Below are positions 56,101 to 64,000 of a stretch of DNA of 64,000 nucleotides, piece after piece (position 1 is the first letter of the stretch; every line of letters begins with the position of its first letter). Source of the DNA: Auanema rhodensis (taxonomy: Eukaryota > Animalia > Nematoda); assembly GCA_964057225.1 (NCBI GenBank), contig OZ059894.1:20026001-20090000 (forward strand), given 5' to 3'. The notes under the pieces were generated by a model. It was not told where the DNA came from, ran no database searches, and was given only the letters and a program-made list of their open reading frames with translations. The position numbers were made by a program, and so were the translations under genes.

Positions 56101-57099
56101 CAAAAACATTTTGACAAAAATTTTTTCGAAAAATTTCAAAATAATTTAGCAAAAAGTAGATGTTTTTAGATTCCTTTTTTCAAGGCAAAGACGATGGACA
56201 ATGTTATTCAACGATAAAATTAATTCTTCAGGGTGAAAATCGAGGATATAAGTGTGAACTTATATCAGTTGATATCTCGGTGCATTTTTAAGCTAGCGCA
56301 AATCTGATAACACAGATCGACGCAGCTTAAAAATCCGCATCGAATGCACTATACTACATTGAGAAACGCTCAATACAAAAATTAGTTATGATCGTTTGAA
56401 AAATGATGCATTAGTGTATGTTGAGTTTCCATGTACACTCAACATTGCTTCCAAAAACATTTTGACAAAAATTTTTTTCAAAACATTTCAAAATAAATTA
56501 GCAAAAAGTAGATGTTTTTAGATTCCTTTTTTCAAGGCAAAGACGATGGACAATGTTATTCAACAAAAAAATTAATTCTTCAGGGTGAAAATCGAGGATA
56601 TAAGTGTGAACTTATATCAGTTGATATCTCGGTGCATTTTCAAGCTAGCGCAAATCTGATAACACAGATCGACGCAGCTTAAAAATCCGCATCGAATGCA
56701 CTATACTACATTGAGAAACGCTTAATACAAAAATTAGTTATGATCGTTTGAAAAATGATGCATTAAATGTTGAGTTTCCATGTACACTCAACATTGCTTC
56801 CAAAAACATTTTGACAAAAATTTTTTCGAAAAATTTCAGAATAATTTAGCAAAAAGTAGATGTTTTTAGATTCCTTTTTTCAAGGCAAAGACGATGGACA
56901 ATGTTATTCAACGAAAAAATTAATTCTTCAGGGTGAAAATCGAGGATATAAGTGTGAACTTATATCAGTTGATATCTCGGTGCATTTTCAAGCTAGCGCA
57001 AATCTGATAACACAGATCGACGCAGCTTAAAAATCCGCATCGAATGCACTATACTACATTGAGAAACGCTTAATACAAAAATTAGTTATGATCGTTTGA

Positions 57100-60000
57100 A
57101 AAATGATGCATTAGTGTATGTTGAGTTTCCATGTACACTCAACATTGCTTCCAAAAACATTTTGACAAAAATTTTTTCGAAAAATTTCAGAATAAATTAG
57201 CAAAAAGTAGATGTTTTTAGATTCCTTTTTTCAAGGCAAAGACGATGGACAATGTTATTCAACGAAAAAATTAATTCTTCAGGGTGAAAATCGAGGATAT
57301 AAGTGTGAACTTATATCAGTTGATATCTCGGTGCATTTTTAAGCTAGCGCAAATGTGATAACACAGATCGACGCAGCTTAAAAATCCGCATCGAATGCAC
57401 TATACTACATTGAGAAACGCTTAATACAAAAATTAGTTATGATCGTTTGAAAAATGATGCATTAGTGTATGTTGAGTTTCCATGTACACTCAACATTGCT
57501 TCCAAAAACATTTTGACAAAAATTTTTTCGAAAAATTTCAAAATAATTTAGCAAAAAGTAGATGTTTTTAGATTCCTTTTTTCAAGGCAAAGACGATGGA
57601 CAATGTTATTCAACGATAAAATTAATTCTTCAGGGTGAAAATCGAGGATATAAGTGTGAACTTATATCAGTTGATATCTCGGTGCATTTTCAAGCTAGCG
57701 CAAATCTGATAACACAGATCGACGCAGCTTAAAAATCCGCATCGAATGCACTATACTACATTGAGAAACGCTTAATACAAAAATTAGTTATGATCGTTTG
57801 AAAAATGATGCATTAGTGTATGTTGAGTTTCCATGTACACTCAACATTGCTTCCAAAAACATTTTGACAAAAATTTTTTCGAAAAATTTCAGAATAATTT
57901 AGCAAAAAGTAGATGTTTTTAGATTCCTTTTTTCAAGGCAAAGACGATGGACAATGTTATTCAACGAAAAAATTAATTCTTCAGGGTGAAAATCGAGGAT
58001 ATAAGTGTGAACTTATATCAGTTGATATCTCGGTGCATTTTTAAGCTAGCGCAAATCTGATAACACAGATCGACGCAGCTTAAAAATCCGCATCGAATGC
58101 ACTATACTACATTGAGAAACGCTTAATACAAAAATTAGTTATGATCGTTTGAAAAATGATGCATTAGTGTATGTTGAGTTTCCATGTACACTCAACATTG
58201 CTTCCAAAAACATTTTGACAAAAATTTTTTCGAAAAATTTCAAAATAATTTAGCAAAACGTAGGTGTTATTAGATTCCTTTTTTCAAGGCAAAGACGATG
58301 GACAATGTTATTCAACGATAAAATTAATTCTTCAGGGTGAAAATCGAGGATATAAGTGTGAACTTATATCAGTTGATATCTCGGTGCATTTTTAAGCTAG
58401 CGCAAATCTGATAACACAGATCGACGCAGCTTAAAAATCCGCATCGAATGCACTATACTACATTGAGAAACGCTCAATACAAAAATTAGTTATGATCGTT
58501 TGAAAAATGATGCATTAGTGTATGTTGAGTTTCCATGTACACTCAACATTGCTTCCAAAAACATTTTGACAAAAATTTTTTCGAAAAATTTCAGAATAAT
58601 TTAGCAAAAAGTAGATGTTTTTAGATTCCTTTTTTCAAGGCAAAGACGATGGACAATGTTATTCAACGAAAAAATTAATTCTTCAGGGTGAAAATCGAGG
58701 ATATAAGTGTGAACTTATATCAGTTGATATCTCGGTGCATTTTCAAGCTAGCGCAAATCTGATAACACAGATCGACGCAGCTTAAAAATCCGCATCGAAT
58801 ACACTATACTACATTGAGAAACGCTTAATACAAAAATTAGTTATGATCGTTTGAAAAATGATGCATTAGTGTATGTTGAGTTTCCATGTACACTCAACAT
58901 TGCTTCCAAAAACATTTTGACAAAAATTTTTTCGAAAAATTTCAGAATAATTTAGCAAAAAGTAGATGTTTTTAGATTCCTTTTTTCAAGGCAAAGACGA
59001 TGGACAATGTTATTCAACGAAAAAATTAATTCTTCAGGGTGAAAATCGAGGATATAAGTGTGAACTTATATCAGTTGATATCTCGGTGCATTTTTAAGCT
59101 AGCGCAAATGTGATAACACAGATCGACGCAGCTTAAAAATCCGCATCGAATGCACTATACTACATTGAGAAACGCTTAATACAAAAATTAGTTATGATCG
59201 TTTGAAAAATGATGCATTAGTGTATGTTGAGTTTCCATGTACACTCAACATTGCTTCCAAAAACATTTTGACAAAAATTTTTTCGAAAAATTTCAAAATA
59301 ATTTAGCAAAAAGTAGATGTTTTTAGATTCCTTTTTTCAAGGCAAAGACGATGGACAATGTTATTCAACGATAAAATTAATTCTTCAGGGTGAAAATCGA
59401 GGATATAAGTGTGAACTTATATCAGTTGATATCTCGGTGCATTTTTAAGCTAGCGCAAATGTGATAACACAGATCGACGCAGCTTAAAAATCCGCATCGA
59501 ATGCACTATACTACATTGAGAAACGCTTAATACAAAAATTAGTTATGATCGTTTGAAAAATGATGCATTAGTGTATGTTGAGTTTCCATGTACACTCAAC
59601 ATTGCTTCCAAAAACATTTTGACAAAAATTTTTTCGAAAAATTTCAGAATAAATTAGCAAAAAGTAGATGTTTTTAGATTCCTTTTTTCAAGGCAAAGAC
59701 GATGGACAATGTTATTCAACGAAAAAATTAATTCTTCAGGGTGAAAATCGAGGATATAAGTGTGAACTTATATCAGTTGATATCTCGGTGCATTTTTAAG
59801 CTAGCGCAAATGTGATAACACAGATCGACGCAGCTTAAAAATCCGCATCGAATGCACTATACTACATTGAGAAACGCTTAATACAAAAATTAGTTATGAT
59901 CGTTTGAAAAATGATGCATTAGTGTATGTTGAGTTTCCATGTACACTCAACATTGCTTCCAAAAACATTTTGACAAAAATTTTTTCGAAAAATTTCAAAA

Positions 60001-62100
60001 TAATTTAGCAAAAAGTAGATGTTTTTAGATTCCTTTTTTCAAGGCAAAGACGATGGACAATGTTATTCAACGATAAAATTAATTCTTCAGGGTGAAAATC
60101 GAGGATATAAGTGTGAACTTATATCAGTTGATATCTCGGTGCATTTTCAAGCTAGCGCAAATCTGATAACACAGATCGACGCAGCTTAAAAATCCGCATC
60201 GAATGCACTATACTACATTGAGAAACGCTTAATACAAAAATTAGTTATGATCGTTTGAAAAATGATGCATTAGTGTATGTTGAGTTTCCATGTACACTCA
60301 ACATTGCTTCCAAAAACATTTTGACAAAAATTTTTTCGAAAAATTTCAGAATAATTTAGCAAAAAGTAGATGTTTTTAGATTCCTTTTTTCAAGGCAAAG
60401 ACGATGGACAATGTTATTCAACGAAAAAATTAATTCTTCAGGGTGAAAATCGAGGATATAAGTGTGAACTTATATCAGTTGATATCTCGGTGCATTTTTA
60501 AGCTAGCGCAAATCTGATAACACAGATCGACGCAGCTTAAAAATCCGCATCGAATGCACTATACTACATTGAGAAACGCTTAATACAAAAATTAGTTATG
60601 ATCGTTTGAAAAATGATGCATTAGTGTATGTTGAGTTTCCATGTACACTCAACATTGCTTCCAAAAACATTTTGACAAAAATTTTTTCGAAAAATTTCAA
60701 AATAATTTAGCAAAACGTAGGTGTTATTAGATTCCTTTTTTCAAGGCAAAGACGATGGACAATGTTATTCAACGATAAAATTAATTCTTCAGGGTGAAAA
60801 TCGAGGATATAAGTGTGAACTTATATCAGTTGATATCTCGGTGCATTTTTAAGCTAGCGCAAATCTGATAACACAGATCGACGCAGCTTAAAAATCCGCA
60901 TCGAATGCACTATACTACATTGAGAAACGCTCAATACAAAAATTAGTTATGATCGTTTGAAAAATGATGCATTAGTGTATGTTGAGTTTCCATGTACACT
61001 CAACATTGCTTCCAAAAACATTTTGACAAAAATTTTTTCGAAAAATTTCAGAATAATTTAGCAAAAAGTAGATGTTTTTAGATTCCTTTTTTCAAGGCAA
61101 AGACGATGGACAATGTTATTCAACGAAAAAATTAATTCTTCAGGGTGAAAATCGAGGATATAAGTGTGAACTTATATCAGTTGATATCTCGGTGCATTTT
61201 CAAGCTAGCGCAAATCTGATAACACAGATCGACGCAGCTTAAAAATCCGCATCGAATACACTATACTACATTGAGAAACGCTTAATACAAAAATTAGTTA
61301 TGATCGTTTGAAAAATGATGCATTAGTGTATGTTGAGTTTCCATGTACACTCAACATTGCTTCCAAAAACATTTTGACAAAAATTTTTTCGAAAAATTTC
61401 AGAATAATTTAGCAAAAAGTAGATGTTTTTAGATTCCTTTTTTCAAGGCAAAGACGATGGACAATGTTATTCAACGAAAAAATTAATTCTTCAGGGTGAA
61501 AATCGAGGATATAAGTGTGAACTTATATCAGTTGATATCTCGGTGCATTTTTAAGCTAGCGCAAATGTGATAACACAGATCGACGCAGCTTAAAAATCCG
61601 CATCGAATGCACTATACTACATTGAGAAACGCTTAATACAAAAATTAGTTATGATCGTTTGAAAAATGATGCATTAGTGTATGTTGAGTTTCCATGTACA
61701 CTCAACATTGCTTCCAAAAACATTTTGACAAAAATTTTTTCGAAAAATTTCAAAATAATTTAGCAAAAAGTAGATGTTTTTAGATTCCTTTTTTCAAGGC
61801 AAAGACGATGGACAATGTTATTCAACGATAAAATTAATTCTTCAGGGTGAAAATCGAGGATATAAGTGTGAACTTATATCAGTTGATATCTCGGTGCATT
61901 TTTAAGCTAGCGCAAATGTGATAACACAGATCGACGCAGCTTAAAAATCCGCATCGAATGCACTATACTACATTGAGAAACGCTTAATACAAAAATTAGT
62001 TATGATCGTTTGAAAAATGATGCATTAGTGTATGTTGAGTTTCCATGTACACTCAACATTGCTTCCAAAAACATTTTGACAAAAATTTTTTCGAAAAATT
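57100..62100. repeat. 7-monomer (2457-bp) tandem duplication, with a degenerate third period reaching the window end
   Basis: AAAACGTAGGTGTTATTAG at 58259/60716; GAATACAC at 58801/61258/63715; AAATGTGAT at 57355/59812, 59110/61567 and 59461/61918. All offsets are 2457. Confidence 0.9.
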
Positions 62101-64000
62101 TCAGAATAATTTAGCAAAAAGTAGATGTTTTTAGATTCCTTTTTTCAAGGCAAAGACGATGGACAATGTTATTCAACGAAAAAATTAATTCTTCAGGGTG
62201 AAAATCGAGGATATAAGTGTGAACTTATATCAGTTGATATCTCGGTGCATTTTTAAGCTAGCGCAAATCTGATAACACAGATCGACGCAGCTTAAAAATC
62301 CGCATCGAATGCACTATACTACATTGAGAAACGCTCAATACAAAAATTAGTTATGATCGTTTGAAAAATGATGCATTAGTGTATGTTGAGTTTCCATGTA
62401 CACTCAACATTGCTTCCAAAAACATTTTGACAAAAATTTTTTCGAAAAATTTCAGAATAATTTAGCAAAAAGTAGATGTTTTTAGATTCCTTTTTTCAAG
62501 GCAAAGACGATGGACAATGTTATTCAACGAAAAAATTAATTCTTCAGGGTGAAAATCGAGGATATAAGTGTGAACTTATATCAGTTGATATCTCGGTGCA
62601 TTTTTAAGCTAGCGCAAATGTGATAACACAGATCGACCCAGCTTAAAAATCCGCATCGAATGCACTATACTACATTGAGAAACGCTTAATACAAAAATTA
62701 GTTATGATCGTTTGAAAAATGATGCATTAGTGTATGTTGAGTTTCCATGTACACTCAACATTGCTTCCAAAAACATTTTGACAAAAATTTTTTCGAAAAA
62801 TTTCAAAATAATTTAGCAAAAAGTAGATGTTTTTAGATTCCTTTTTTCAAGGCAAAGACGATGGACAATGTTATTCAACGATAAAATTAATTCTTCAGGG
62901 TGAAAATCGAGGATATAAGTGTGAACTTATATCAGTTGATATCTCGGTGCATTTTTAAGCTAGCGCAAATGTGATAACACAGATCGACGCAGCTTAAAAA
63001 TCCGCATCGAATGCACTATACTACATTGAGAAACGCTTAATACAAAAATTAGTTATGATCGTTTGAAAAATGATGCATTAGTGTATGTTGAGTTTCCATG
63101 TACACTCAACATTGCTTCCAAAAACATTTTGACAAAAATTTTTTCGAAAAATTTCAGAATAATTTAGCAAAAAGTAGATGTTTTTAGATTCCTTTTTTCA
63201 AGGCAAAGACGATGGACAATGTTATTCAACGAAAAAATTAATTCTTCAGGGTGAAAATCGAGGATATAAGTGTGAACTTATATCAGTTGATATCTCGGTG
63301 CATTTTTAAGCTAGCGCAAATCTGATAACACAGATCGACGCAGCTTAAAAATCCGCATCGAATGCACTATACTACATTGAGAAACGCTCAATACAAAAAT
63401 TAGTTATGATCGTTTGAAAAATGATGCATTAGTGTATGTTGAGTTTCCATGTACACTCAACATTGCTTCCAAAAACATTTTGACAAAAATTTTTTCGAAA
63501 AATTTCAGAATAATTTAGCAAAAAGTAGATGTTTTTAGATTCCTTTTTTCAAGGCAAAGACGATGGACAATGTTATTCAACGAAAAAATTAATTCTTCAG
63601 GGTGAAAATCGAGGATATAAGTGTGAACTTATATCAGTTGATATCTCGGTGCATTTTCAAGCTAGCGCAAATCTGATAACACAGATCGACGCAGCTTAAA
63701 AATCCGCATCGAATACACTATACTACATTGAGAAACGCTTAATACAAAAATTAGTTATGATCGTTTGAAAAATGATGCATTAGTGTATGTTGAGTTTCCA
63801 TGTATACTCAACATTGCTTCCAAAAACATTTTGACAAAAATTTTTTCGAAAAATTTCAGAATAATTTAGCAAAAAGTAGATGTTTTTAGATTCCTTTTTT
63901 CAAGGCAAAGACGATGGACAATGTTATTCAACGAAAAAATTAATTCTTCAGGGTGAAAATCGAGGATATAAGTGTGAACTTATATCAGTTGATATCTCGG

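Larger units (their letters stand above)
1..64000. repeat. Tandem satellite DNA array, 351-bp monomer, about 182 copies, runs off both window ends (likely centromeric, pericentromeric or subtelomeric heterochromatin)
   Basis: AGTAGATGTTTTTAGATTCC recurs every 351 bp (352, 703, 7021=1+20x351, 14041, 21061). Later register shifts (28078, 42120, 49142, 56155, 63173) are fully explained by visible 1-3 bp indels. No non-monomer sequence seen. Chromosomal location is inference only. Confidence 0.99.

Noticed and set aside
1-64000. CRISPR array or other repeat-spacer system
   Set aside because: There are no unique spacers and no cas genes; the entire 351-bp unit repeats.

Overview
The whole 64-kb window is one uninterrupted head-to-tail satellite DNA array. 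It holds about 182 copies of a 351-bp monomer (about 31% GC by hand count), all in one orientation and typically within about 1-2% of consensus. The register is exact (monomer starts at 1, 7021, 14041, 21061) and is shifted only by a few 1-3 bp indels. I found no credible genes, RNA genes, transposon insertions, inversions or CRISPR arrays, and the two 69-aa ORFs are by-products of a 2-bp deletion in a duplicated 3-monomer block. I cannot assign a species or named family; CpG retention suggests an invertebrate with little DNA methylation. I see no evidence for a new gene-based system. The interesting signal has three parts: (i) the monomer is densely packed with dyads, including a degenerate ~118-bp palindromic module; (ii) several recurrent alleles perfect local quasi-palindromes; (iii) shared variants reveal a patchwork of nascent higher-order repeats (2-, 3-, 5-, 7-9-mers) and long-range copying at exact multiples of 351. 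'Pos' means position within the monomer, with pos 1 at window base 1. All counts are by eye.
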